DNA of 32,000 nt, taken from positions 318,999-350,998 of the forward strand of contig CAID01000003.2 in assembly GCA_000214015.2 (NCBI GenBank), written 5' to 3'. Positions 8,936 to 17,225 of the stretch are shown here, in pieces. This DNA comes from Ostreococcus tauri. Its lineage: Eukaryota. A program made the position numbers and the translations under genes. The notes under the pieces are model-generated. The model saw only the letters and a program-made list of their open reading frames with translations, was not told the origin of the DNA and made no database searches. Numbering within the stretch: the stretch's first letter is position 1; each line of letters opens with the position of its first letter.

Positions 8936-11125
8936 ATGCACACAAACGGCGGCGCTCGTGCTCGCGCTCGAGTCGCCATGTCCATCGACGACGCCATGGA
9001 TGCCCTGAGGCTCATCGACGACGACGTCTCGATCGACGACGAGCTCGTGCGCTCCACCTCGAGCGCGGTGCGCGCGTACTGGTTTCCCAATCGCTCGCAA
9101 ACGCTCGAGGCGGCGTACAAGAAGAAGTGGTTCGCTACGAACGACGACGTGCGCTCAGTGGACGAGGAAATCGAACGAACGTTCGGGGGCGTCCTGCGGG
9201 CGATTGAAAGCGCGACGTCCGGAGAAGAGGTCGATCGAGAGAGCGTTCTACGAGCGCACGAGCGGTGGACGCGCGAACCGTCGACGACGGCTGCGCTGGT
9301 AGTGATGCTAGACCAGTTCAGTCGACACATGTACAGGAAGGCCGAGGACCGAGACGCGAGGGTGGGAGCAAACGACCGCGTTGCGATAATCATCGCGGAG
9401 GATTTATTAGATAATAAACGCGAGTGGTTGTCCGAGCTCACAGTGCCAGAGCAGGTGTTTGTGCTCATGCCATTTCGGCACACGCAAAAGACGTGTCCGC
9501 GCTTGTTGAGATGCTTAGAACTGATTGACGAGCGCGTGGGGCTGGAGGATGAGAACAGAGAGCTATTGCAAAAATTCCGAAAGACCACGCTCCGGTGTTA
9601 TCAGGATTTGGAAGGGAAGCAACACGAAGCTGGCGATAATATTTTAGAACGCCAAGAGTTCACGCCGTCTGAGGAAGTTATGGCGACAATGTCGTCGAAC
9701 TCACTGTACAATACAATAGAAGAATTCATGCGAGAGAGCATGCATGAATTCGGGAACACAATCGCCGTGTCACTCAGTGGAGGCGTTGATTCCATGGTAC
9801 TGGCTTACATTCTCAAGCACCAAGGATATGACGTCGTGACGCTGCACATTGACTACAAGAACAGACCAGAAAGCACAGAAGAGGCAGACTTCGTGGATGA
9901 TTGGAGCGTACGACATGGGATGAAATTCGAACGATGTACAGTAGATGCGATACGACGCGGTGTCACTCCGAGAGAGCAGTACGAGATTGAGTCAAGGAAA
10001 ATCCGGTACGGCTTTTACAAGAAGAGCGGCCAGAAGCATGGTTTTCCAGCGGTCCTGCTCGGGCACCATCACGGTGACGTACAGGAGAACATAATCACTA
10101 ATTTGATGCGTGGAGCCAATCTTCTGTCTGTTAATGGCATGGACAAACGCGGTGTAGTCGAAGGCGTGCGTATTTGGCGTCCCATGCTCCCGCATAATAA
10201 GGTGGACGTCCTCGACTTTGCGCATACATATGGAGTACCATATTTCCTCGACTCAACTCCAACGTGGAGCACACGAGGAAAGCTCAGAAACCAGCTCGTG
10301 CCCTTGCTAGAAGATATGTTTGGCGATGGTTTCATGAGGAACGTGAGCATGATTGGTGAAAATAGTGATCAACTCTCGGAAATGGTCGATAACGCCCTGT
10401 TCAAGCCGTTTTGGAACGACAGGAAGATGAGCGACGTCGGATGTTACGTGGACTGCACTCCGTACATCTCGCAACCTATTTTCTTCTGGAAACAGGTGAT
10501 TCGAGAGATGTGCCACGGACTTGGGGCGAGCATGCTGAAGGAACGCTCTGTGCGCTTACTGCTGGGGCGCGTAAAGAGGACGAGATCTAAGAAGGATGGT
10601 TGGTTGTGTTTGAAAAAAGAAAATGCCACATTCATGACTGGCAACACCTTCGCTATTTTTACTACAGAATTCATGCCTAGATCGGAAATCATCAAGCAGG
10701 GGATGATCATCACGATGGATTCCAACAAGAAATCGTTCGATCTCGGTAACTGGCGCATCACCCTGGAGGTGGTGCCAAACACAAGCACGCACGAAGGCGA
10801 GCGCCTGTTGGATGAGCAGGCAATAACAGTGTGGCAGGTGCTAGGAAACGACATCTCCTACCACGTCCCATACGACAGTTCGTACGTCATAGATCCAGAG
10901 ATCAGATTCCCTCCGACGAAGGGGTTGGACGTCGTCGTGCGGAACGCTATTCCTTTCATCGCTCCGCCAAACGTGAGCTTTGCGCACCTCCCCGAGGAAA
11001 GTAGACCACCCCGGAAGTTCATGCGCTACGAACGCTCGGCTCTCGAGGCGGAGAACTGCGTCAAAGTCACGCTCAAGTTCACTCGAACCAAGCTTTACGT
11101 CGTCTCCAGCGATGAAGAATCCTAG
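8936..11125 (+). CDS. Fusion protein: N-terminal DUF924-like domain + TilS-type PP-loop ATPase (tRNA(Ile)-lysidine synthase-like) + about 250-aa C-terminal extension
   Basis: DUF924-like: YWFPN...KKKWFATNDDVRSVDEEIERTFGGVL...WTREPSTTAALVVMLDQFSRHMYRK...VFVLMPFRHTQ. PP-loop: IAVSLSGGVDSMVLAYIL, VTLHIDYKNRPES, RKIRYGFY, VLLGHHHGDVQENIITNLMRG, IWRPMLPHNKVDVLDFA, RGKLRNQLVPLLE. A single uninterrupted 729-codon ORF with ATG at 8936. Confidence 0.8.
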   Translation: MHTNGGARARARVAMSIDDAMDALRLIDDDVSIDDELVRSTSSAVRAYWFPNRSQTLEAAYKKKWFATNDDVRSVDEEIERTFGGVLRAIESATSGEEVDRESVLRAHERWTREPSTTAALVVMLDQFSRHMYRKAEDRDARVGANDRVAIIIAEDLLDNKREWLSELTVPEQVFVLMPFRHTQKTCPRLLRCLELIDERVGLEDENRELLQKFRKTTLRCYQDLEGKQHEAGDNILERQEFTPSEEVMATMSSNSLYNTIEEFMRESMHEFGNTIAVSLSGGVDSMVLAYILKHQGYDVVTLHIDYKNRPESTEEADFVDDWSVRHGMKFERCTVDAIRRGVTPREQYEIESRKIRYGFYKKSGQKHGFPAVLLGHHHGDVQENIITNLMRGANLLSVNGMDKRGVVEGVRIWRPMLPHNKVDVLDFAHTYGVPYFLDSTPTWSTRGKLRNQLVPLLEDMFGDGFMRNVSMIGENSDQLSEMVDNALFKPFWNDRKMSDVGCYVDCTPYISQPIFFWKQVIREMCHGLGASMLKERSVRLLLGRVKRTRSKKDGWLCLKKENATFMTGNTFAIFTTEFMPRSEIIKQGMIITMDSNKKSFDLGNWRITLEVVPNTSTHEGERLLDEQAITVWQVLGNDISYHVPYDSSYVIDPEIRFPPTKGLDVVVRNAIPFIAPPNVSFAHLPEESRPPRKFMRYERSALEAENCVKVTLKFTRTKLYVVSSDEES

Positions 11126-11379
11126 TCCGTTCCCGCGTGCGGTCCTTTGAGAGAGACTTGCCACGTGGACGACGTCGTGTCCATGTTAGAGAACGCGTTC
11201 AGGCGATCCAATCCGTCTCGTGCCGCGGCGATTCGCGTCTCGATCTCTCTCGCGTCCGTCGCCGCGCGTCCCTCCCTGAACTCGGTCTTGATCTCCTCGA
11301 CCATCTTCCCTCTATTTCGACTGGGAAACTTGTTCGCCGAGCGCAGGACGGCGCGATAGAGACGCAGCGTGGACGACAT
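11122..11379 (-). CDS. LYR-motif (Complex1_LYR) family small protein, 85 aa
   Basis: MSSTLRLYRAVLRSANKFPSRNRGKMVEEIKTEFREGRAATDAREIETRIAAARDGLDRL shows the L-Y-R tripeptide and downstream F typical of LYRM proteins. The ATG is the complement of 11377-11379; the Arg-rich upstream part of track ORF 11122-11505 is treated as non-coding. Confidence 0.7.
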   Translation of the reverse strand: MSSTLRLYRAVLRSANKFPSRNRGKMVEEIKTEFREGRAATDAREIETRIAAARDGLDRLNAFSNMDTTSSTWQVSLKGPHAGTD

Positions 11380-11400
11380 CCGCGCGTCCGTCGCGTCCGT

Positions 11401-11432
<32 letters not shown>

Positions 11433-11513
11433 CTTCTTCACGCGCTCGTCGACGATCGACGCTCGCCGACGCTCCGCGCGCGCGTCGCTCTGACAGACGG
11501 AGCACCGCACAAG
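11380..11513. promoter_or_regulatory. 134-bp divergent spacer (putative bidirectional promoter) between the LYR gene and the ABC1 kinase gene; contains (CGT)9
   Basis: Head-to-head ATGs at 11379 (minus) and 11514 (plus); perfect (CGT)9 at 11405-11431. Promoter function is inferred from position only. Confidence 0.4.
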
Positions 11514-13190
11514 ATGTCGCTCCGTCGGCTCGCGTTGGCGTCCACCGCCTCCGCTGGCGCGGCGTTGGGGGCGTACGTCGCGAACGACGAGGGCGCGCGA
11601 CGATCGGCTCGTTTTTGGTACAACGCCGCCCCGGTGTACGCGCGATATCGCTTGGTACAGGCGAGACATCGAGACTTGCGGCGTTTGGGCGTCCCGGAGT
11701 GGATCGGGGCGACGCTGAGCGATGCGGACGCGGACGCGGCGTACGACGCTCTGCACGACGCGTACGCGATGAAAGTGCGCGATTTAGTGTACGACATGCG
11801 AGGGTTTTATCTGAAGAACGCGCAGTTGCTGTCGACGCGAGATGACTTTGTGCCGAGGCAGTACCTGTCGTGGTGCAAGGACACGCAGGATAGCGCGCCG
11901 GTGGAGATGCGACCTGGAGAGGCGAGGGAGATCGCGGAGAGAGAGCTCGCTTCGAAGGGACACACGGGAGTGTTCGAGGAGTGGGACGAGAATCCGCTCG
12001 GCGTAGCGAGCATCGGGCAGGCGCATCGAGCGAAGCTGTCCAAAAAGTATGGAGGCAAGACTGTCGTCGTCAAGGTCCAGGCTCTGGGTATTGAGCGCCG
12101 ATTTCGGGCGGACATTCGCACATGCATCGACTTTTGTAAATTAGCGATGCCACAGCACGTGCCGCCTCTGGAGGAGATCGAGAGACAGTTCATGACTGAG
12201 TTTGATTATTGCGCCGAGGCGGAGAACCTCGAGGAGGTGCGATCAACGGTGATGCCGGTTTGGGGGAAGCAGGTGTACATTCCGGCTCCCCACACGGAGC
12301 TGTGCACGAAACAGGTCTTGATCATGGATGAAGTGCCGGGAAAGCGATTGGTAGACGGTATTCGCGATCAGTTTGATGCCATCGCTCGCTACAACGGAAC
12401 GTCAGTGAGCGATTTGGAGGAGAAAGAGAGAGAAAATATTGCGAGCGGGAGTCTCAAGGGTCGAGACGCAAAACAGGCGGCGCAGTACACGAAGAGAGTG
12501 AATACTCTTCTCACGTTCAAACACAGACTACTTTTACCAATCAAGCTCGCGTACAACACGTCGCCTCTTCGTTTGGTGACCGGACCTGTGAATTGCCAGC
12601 CACCGCCAAAGCTCATCAACTTGGGGGCGCTTTTGCAAACGTTGATAGACGTCCACGCGTATGAGATTTTCGAAACGGGCGTATTTAATGGCGATCCGCA
12701 TCCAGGAAACATCATGTTGATGCCAGACGGTAGACTCGGATTGATTGATTACGGTCAGGTGAAACGCATAGACATCAACGCTCGGAGAGCGTACGCGAAG
12801 CTCATTCTCGCCGTCGCGGAAGGCGACGCGGCGGAATGCCATAAAATAGTTCAGTCGGAAAAACCTGACGGTTTTGGTGCGAAGAGTCACAACTCAGATC
12901 CTGAAGTCACTTTGAAGTTATCGACTTTTTGGAACGACAGGGACACTCCTGACGTCACGGAGGGTCTCAATTTGCAAGAGTTCTTGGATGAAATGCAAGC
13001 GCGAGATCCGGTGATTAAGGCTCCCGATGAGATGGTCATGATTGCGCGCGTATCAGTACTTTTAAGAGGTATGGGAAACGCGTTCAACATCAGGCTCAGA
13101 ATGGCTGAGGCTTGGAGAGAGGATGCCGAGAAGCTGCTCATGCGCACCGATCCCGATTACTTTCTCTTGCCAACAAATCGCGCGAGTTAG
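11514..13190 (+). CDS. ABC1/UbiB (ADCK) atypical protein kinase family protein
   Basis: PLGVASIGQAHRAKL, VVVKVQALGIERRFRADI, FMTEFDYCAEAENLEE, VLIMDEVPGKRL, FETGVFNGDPHPGNIMLMPDGRLGLIDYGQVKRID. True ATG at 11514. Confidence 0.9.
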   Translation: MSLRRLALASTASAGAALGAYVANDEGARRSARFWYNAAPVYARYRLVQARHRDLRRLGVPEWIGATLSDADADAAYDALHDAYAMKVRDLVYDMRGFYLKNAQLLSTRDDFVPRQYLSWCKDTQDSAPVEMRPGEAREIAERELASKGHTGVFEEWDENPLGVASIGQAHRAKLSKKYGGKTVVVKVQALGIERRFRADIRTCIDFCKLAMPQHVPPLEEIERQFMTEFDYCAEAENLEEVRSTVMPVWGKQVYIPAPHTELCTKQVLIMDEVPGKRLVDGIRDQFDAIARYNGTSVSDLEEKERENIASGSLKGRDAKQAAQYTKRVNTLLTFKHRLLLPIKLAYNTSPLRLVTGPVNCQPPPKLINLGALLQTLIDVHAYEIFETGVFNGDPHPGNIMLMPDGRLGLIDYGQVKRIDINARRAYAKLILAVAEGDAAECHKIVQSEKPDGFGAKSHNSDPEVTLKLSTFWNDRDTPDVTEGLNLQEFLDEMQARDPVIKAPDEMVMIARVSVLLRGMGNAFNIRLRMAEAWREDAEKLLMRTDPDYFLLPTNRAS

Positions 13191-13252
13191 CTTGTATATA
13201 ATCATTTATTTGTGTCTAGAAATTGTAGAATGCGTATTGAAAGAAAATTGAA

Positions 13253-14755
13253 TTACTTCTTGGTCCGTTCGTTGACCGTCACAGTCACGGTGACACACTC
13301 ATCTTCACCGACAATGAGGCTGACGGTGAGCAGTTGCTTGTGCGAGCTACCTCCCTTCCTTTTGCCGTTCTTCTTGCCGTGCTTCTTCGAAGAAGACTTC
13401 TCGTCCTTCGCCTCCGCTTCTTCCGCGTCTACTCCTCCCTCTTCTTCGCTGTCTTCGCCGGCCGCGATCTTCTCCTTCTTGATCCTTCGCTTCTCCAAGA
13501 ATTCTTCCTTTTTCGCCTGGATGGCGACGATTGCGCTAGGAACTTCGGAAGCCTTGGCCACGACGGCGACTTTGATCTTGGAGAAGAAAGCCAAGGTATC
13601 GAGGGAGTGCTGAATGAGTTCATTCTTCGGTCCCTTCGCGTTACCGTTCTTCTTGCCCTTCTTCTTGTACGTGTCGCTCACGGCGAACATGTCGTCATCA
13701 TCGTCATCGCGCTTGAGGAGCGTCATGCTCTCCAGCGCCTTGGTGACTCCTTCGCCCGTCGTCCCTGCGGGCGCGTCGTTCTCCTTACTCGCGCTCATGT
13801 CCCACTTGGACAAGTAACCGATCAGGGTATCACACGCCGAGACTTCTTCTTCGAAGGGCTCAGGAGCGTTGTCCTTTTCCCACTGCTTTCGAGCCGCCTC
13901 TCGAGCCTTGCGTTCCTCTTGTTGCGCTTCCCACTGCTCCTTCTTAAGTTCTTTCTGTTGCGCGCGGAACGCCTTCTCGCGAACCCAGTAAGCGTCCTCA
14001 ATGATCTTTTGCTCGGCGTAGAGTTTATTAATGTCCTCTCGGACCTTTTTGATCTCCTGGTACACCGCGTTCTTTTCCTCCGTGAGCGATGGCACGTCGG
14101 CGTTCTTTTCATCAATCTTACTCTTATCTCCATCCAGCGTGGCGCGAATCTTCGACTGTTCCGCCTTGATGCTATTGATTTCCGCATCTTTAGCCTTGAT
14201 CTTGTCCATTTGCGATTTTCTCGCGACCTCGTGGGCGGCGGCGACTGCTTGCTTCTCGGCGTACGACTTCACGCCGTCCCTACTCTTGTTTAAGCCCTTG
14301 ATCACGTCGATCAGTCTCTTCTCCTCGGAGAGCGGCATCGTCTCATGCGCGAGTTTATTCTCCACGCGAGTGATCTCGGCGTCGATCGCCTCGTTCGTCA
14401 GAAACTTGGACCCGTTTCTCTGCGCGTTCGCCTCCTCTCGAGCCTTGTCCCTCGCCTCCGTCGACGCGTTCATCGCCTCCCGCATCGTGTTCCTCTGCGC
14501 GATCTTCTCGTTCGCGATCGCGTTCAGGGCTTTAAACTTTTCAATTAACGGCGCGTTCGCATCGTTATGTCTCTGTCGGTCGCCCTTCTTCGCGTTCACG
14601 ATGGATTTGATCTCCTCGATCCGGCGCTGCTTCGCCTCGGTGATCTCCTTCAGGGCTGCGATCTTGCGTTCGAATTCATCCCTATCGGGCTTGGGCGGTC
14701 GGCTCAGCCTTTGCGCGGTCGTCGCCGTACTTCCCGTCGTCTTCTCGCTCGTCAT
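13253..14755 (-). CDS. K/E-rich coiled-coil protein, Bfr1 / proton-pump-interactor (PPI)-like
   Basis: ORF 13253-14989; the likely Met is MTSEKTTG (complement of 14753-14755). Long heptad-like K/E/A sequence with LSEEKRLIDVIKGLNKSR, KKVREDINKLYAEQK and a C-terminal KKHGKKNGKRKG. The family assignment comes from overall pattern and is tentative. Confidence 0.55.
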   Translation of the reverse strand: MTSEKTTGSTATTAQRLSRPPKPDRDEFERKIAALKEITEAKQRRIEEIKSIVNAKKGDRQRHNDANAPLIEKFKALNAIANEKIAQRNTMREAMNASTEARDKAREEANAQRNGSKFLTNEAIDAEITRVENKLAHETMPLSEEKRLIDVIKGLNKSRDGVKSYAEKQAVAAAHEVARKSQMDKIKAKDAEINSIKAEQSKIRATLDGDKSKIDEKNADVPSLTEEKNAVYQEIKKVREDINKLYAEQKIIEDAYWVREKAFRAQQKELKKEQWEAQQEERKAREAARKQWEKDNAPEPFEEEVSACDTLIGYLSKWDMSASKENDAPAGTTGEGVTKALESMTLLKRDDDDDDMFAVSDTYKKKGKKNGNAKGPKNELIQHSLDTLAFFSKIKVAVVAKASEVPSAIVAIQAKKEEFLEKRRIKKEKIAAGEDSEEEGGVDAEEAEAKDEKSSSKKHGKKNGKRKGGSSHKQLLTVSLIVGEDECVTVTVTVNERTKK

Positions 14756-15037
14756 CGGGCGCGCGCGCGGTCGACGAGTGCGGACGCGCGCCCGCGTCAC
14801 CCGCGCGCGTTCCGGCGGTGTCGAAAACGTCGCGGGGACGCGTCGCATCTTTACGTGGCGTCGCGTATACACCATACACCACCATCTCAAGGGTGAGGAA
14901 TCATCACGAACGCGGCGCGACGGACACATCGCGCCCGTAACGTTCACCGCGTGTCGACCGCGTGTCGATGAGATGTGACGATGTGTCATTCACACGAGTT
15001 AGGACTCATGGCGGTCACCACCGTCACACCTCACCTC

Positions 15038-15167
15038 GGGGCGTTGGTCTAGTGGTATGATTCCTCGTTTGGGCGACGAGTCGCGGAACATCGCGATATA
15101 TTCTCACACCGCATCGAGACGACGACGGACGTCGAGGAGGTCGCGAGTTCGATTCTCGCACGCCCCC
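15038..15167 (+). tRNA. trnP(UGG): tRNA-Pro (anticodon UGG at 15070-15072) with a 58-nt canonical 37/38 intron (15074-15131)
   Basis: Hand fold. Acceptor GGGGCGT/ACGCCCC; D-arm GTCTAGTGGTATGATT; anticodon stem CCTCG/CGAGG (the 3' half lies after the intron); loop TTTGGG|intron|T; variable AGGTC; T-arm GCGAG-TTCGATT-CTCGC; discriminator C. No encoded CCA. T-runs follow. Confidence 0.85.
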
Positions 15168-15175
15168 TTGTATGC

Positions 15176-15200
15176 TTTTTAAGCCCATCATCTTTTTTTT
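15176..15200 (+). terminator. Pol III terminator T-runs (T5 at 15176-15180, T8 at 15193-15200) downstream of tRNA-Pro
   Basis: The first run of at least 4 T begins 9 nt after the tRNA 3' end. Confidence 0.55.
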
Positions 15201-15525
15201 AATTCCTTGGAACATAAAAAAGTTTATCTGTTCTAAACCCTATCTGAGTATACAATGGATTTTAAGCCCATCAGAGAAAAATATATATCTCGATATCCCC
15301 TTTTTGATCGACGCATTCCTTCTCATATATGTGTGATATGTCCGAGTGTATACATCACAGAGAATCACCTCCGTGCCGCTCGACGATTCACACGCGACGT
15401 TCGTCCCTTCGCGGCGCGCGCGGCGCGACGTCGCGATCGATACCGCTCGCGACGCTCGCGCGTTGTCACCGACAGTCCTCGTCGACGAACGTCGCGTGTG
15501 AATCGTTGAGAGGCATCGAGGAGCG

Positions 15526-16395
15526 ATGAGACGCGATGACTCTGACTCGGACGATTACATCGACGTTCGCGCGCCGACGCGCGATCGGGGACGCCGCGAA
15601 AGCGCGTTCGCGACGCACGATGATGTTCACGTCCCGCCGGCCGCATCGTCTCGAGACGACTCCCTGCGCCTCGCGCGCGCGGTCGTGGACGAGCAAAAAG
15701 CTCTGTTGGCGTGCGAGCGCGCGCGAGCGGACGACGCGGAGGACGAGTTACATCGGGTGACGGCGCTGGCGGACGCGCTGACGAGGAAATTGGACGAACT
15801 ATCGACGATATTCGAGGCGCGCGCGCGGGCGACCGCGCCGCGAGAGATCGAGTCGGCGACCGCGTCCGCCGCCGCGACGCGGTTAAAGATTGAGAACGAA
15901 CGACTGCGGCGAGATATGAAGGAGATGGAGGAGAGACACGCGCGTGAGATCGAGGAGCTGAGGGCATTGACGTCGACGAATGAGGCCTCCGAACGGCCGC
16001 CTCTGACCAAGGACGAGCGCAGGCGTTTATTGAGAGAAGTCGCGGAGGCGAGAGAGGAGATTGCAGTGGCGAAAGAGGCTCGCGCAAAGGCGCTGGCCGA
16101 GGCCGTCGAACTTAGGGACAAGTTAGAGCATAGATCAGGAGCCAAGTCTCCACGGGTAGTAGCGGAACGTAATCCCTCGCCGCCGAAGACGCCGCAGTGG
16201 GCGAATGTTGACTGGGACGCCGCGCACGCCGAGTTCATGAAGACTGAGATGACGTCGCCACAGGGACCGCGGCAACAGTCTCACGCGCCACCACGGCAAC
16301 AATCTTTCGAAAATATCGATTGGGAGGCTGCTTATGCGGACATGGAGGCGACACGAGCGCAGAAACGTGCGGAGCGAGCGGTCACGGGAGCGTAG
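15526..16395 (+). CDS. Hypothetical coiled-coil protein with a duplicated C-terminal N-[VI]-D-W-[DE]-A-A-[HY]-A motif
   Basis: True ATG at 15526, 289 aa. The central E/R/A-rich part is predicted coiled coil (LKIENERLRRDMKEMEERHAREIEELRAL). I recognise no family. The antisense ORFs over it are Arg-rich junk. Confidence 0.55.
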   Translation: MRRDDSDSDDYIDVRAPTRDRGRRESAFATHDDVHVPPAASSRDDSLRLARAVVDEQKALLACERARADDAEDELHRVTALADALTRKLDELSTIFEARARATAPREIESATASAAATRLKIENERLRRDMKEMEERHAREIEELRALTSTNEASERPPLTKDERRRLLREVAEAREEIAVAKEARAKALAEAVELRDKLEHRSGAKSPRVVAERNPSPPKTPQWANVDWDAAHAEFMKTEMTSPQGPRQQSHAPPRQQSFENIDWEAAYADMEATRAQKRAERAVTGA

Positions 16396-16459
16396 GCGAC
16401 GCAGCGCGCTACTAGCATCGGTAGAAAAATAGACATCGAATATTAAATCTTCATCCGGA

Positions 16460-17110
16460 TTATTCCACCTCGAGCGTGGTGAAGTACTTGAGCAAGTCCG
16501 TCTTCTCGCCCTTCGCCTCCTTGATCAATCGCTGCAGATCACGCGGTTTCTTGATCTGGCCCTGGATGCCAATCTCTTCGCCGTCCGGCTTTGGGATGAC
16601 CCACAGCGGCCACGCGCTTGTGTACCCATCGCAAATTCCATCGGGCTTCACGCGATCTTCATGTCCCGGGGAGTTTTGGTACACCCCATCCGGGAAGCAC
16701 TCGATGTAGTCGATGTACTCCATCGCCTCCTTGCCCAGAAGTTCCTTTTGTTTGTTGCAGTTCTCGCACCAGAACGCTCCGTACAGTCGCGCGCCCGCCT
16801 CCTTCAGAGCCTTCGCGACGTTGATCGCCTCCTCGCTTGACTCCGCTTGCACCGCGTATTTCGCGTACGGGACGGCGACCACCTTCTTCGCCTTCTCCTC
16901 TTCGGCCGCAATAGCGCTCAGAGGTGACAGAGCGCTCGCCAGAGCCGCGGTGGATAGACCGAACAGCGCGCGTCGTCTGTCGACATCATCGGCGCCGGCT
17001 TGGGCGTTTTCTGACGCGCGCGGACGAAGAGAACGACCGCGACCGACGCGCGATTGAGTGTTCTTCGCCACCGCGCTCGCGGCCGTCGAAACTCGAGCAA
17101 TTTGAGACAT
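16460..17110 (-). CDS. Thylakoid-lumen thioredoxin-like protein related to the Trx domain of VKOR/LTO1, with a twin-arginine (Tat) signal
   Basis: The N-terminus is transit-like (MSQIARVSTAASAVAKNTQSRVGRGRSLRPRAS). It is followed by a Tat-like DRRRALFGLSTAALASALSPLSAIAA. Trx block: ARLYGAFWCENCNKQKELLGKEAMEYIDYIECFPDG...GICDGYTSAWPLWVIP. Confidence 0.8.
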   Translation of the reverse strand: MSQIARVSTAASAVAKNTQSRVGRGRSLRPRASENAQAGADDVDRRRALFGLSTAALASALSPLSAIAAEEEKAKKVVAVPYAKYAVQAESSEEAINVAKALKEAGARLYGAFWCENCNKQKELLGKEAMEYIDYIECFPDGVYQNSPGHEDRVKPDGICDGYTSAWPLWVIPKPDGEEIGIQGQIKKPRDLQRLIKEAKGEKTDLLKYFTTLEVE

Positions 17111-17225
17111 CGTCGAGGCGAGAGGGAGCGAATGCGGTTTGGATATGTGGTTGGTGGAGATCTTACTTTTCGTCGACGAGTGCTTTGGATGGAAACTACC
17201 GGTCGTTACATCGTCGCGACGAGGT

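Noticed and set aside
13334-14978. Two long plus-strand ORFs (13334-14293 and 14031-14978) antisense to the coiled-coil gene
   Set aside because: They are Leu/Phe/Ser-rich mirror images of a K/E-rich CDS (AAG/GAA/GAG read in reverse as CTT/TTC/CTC). They have no motifs, and the sense-strand protein is far more protein-like.
15024-15215. 63-aa minus-strand ORF
   Set aside because: It lies entirely over the tRNA-Pro gene and its terminator.
15277-15292. Evening-element-like AAAAATATATATCT in the AT-rich island
   Set aside because: It is not an exact match to AAAATATCT or AATATCT. TA-repeat sequence of this kind is expected by chance in an AT-rich block.
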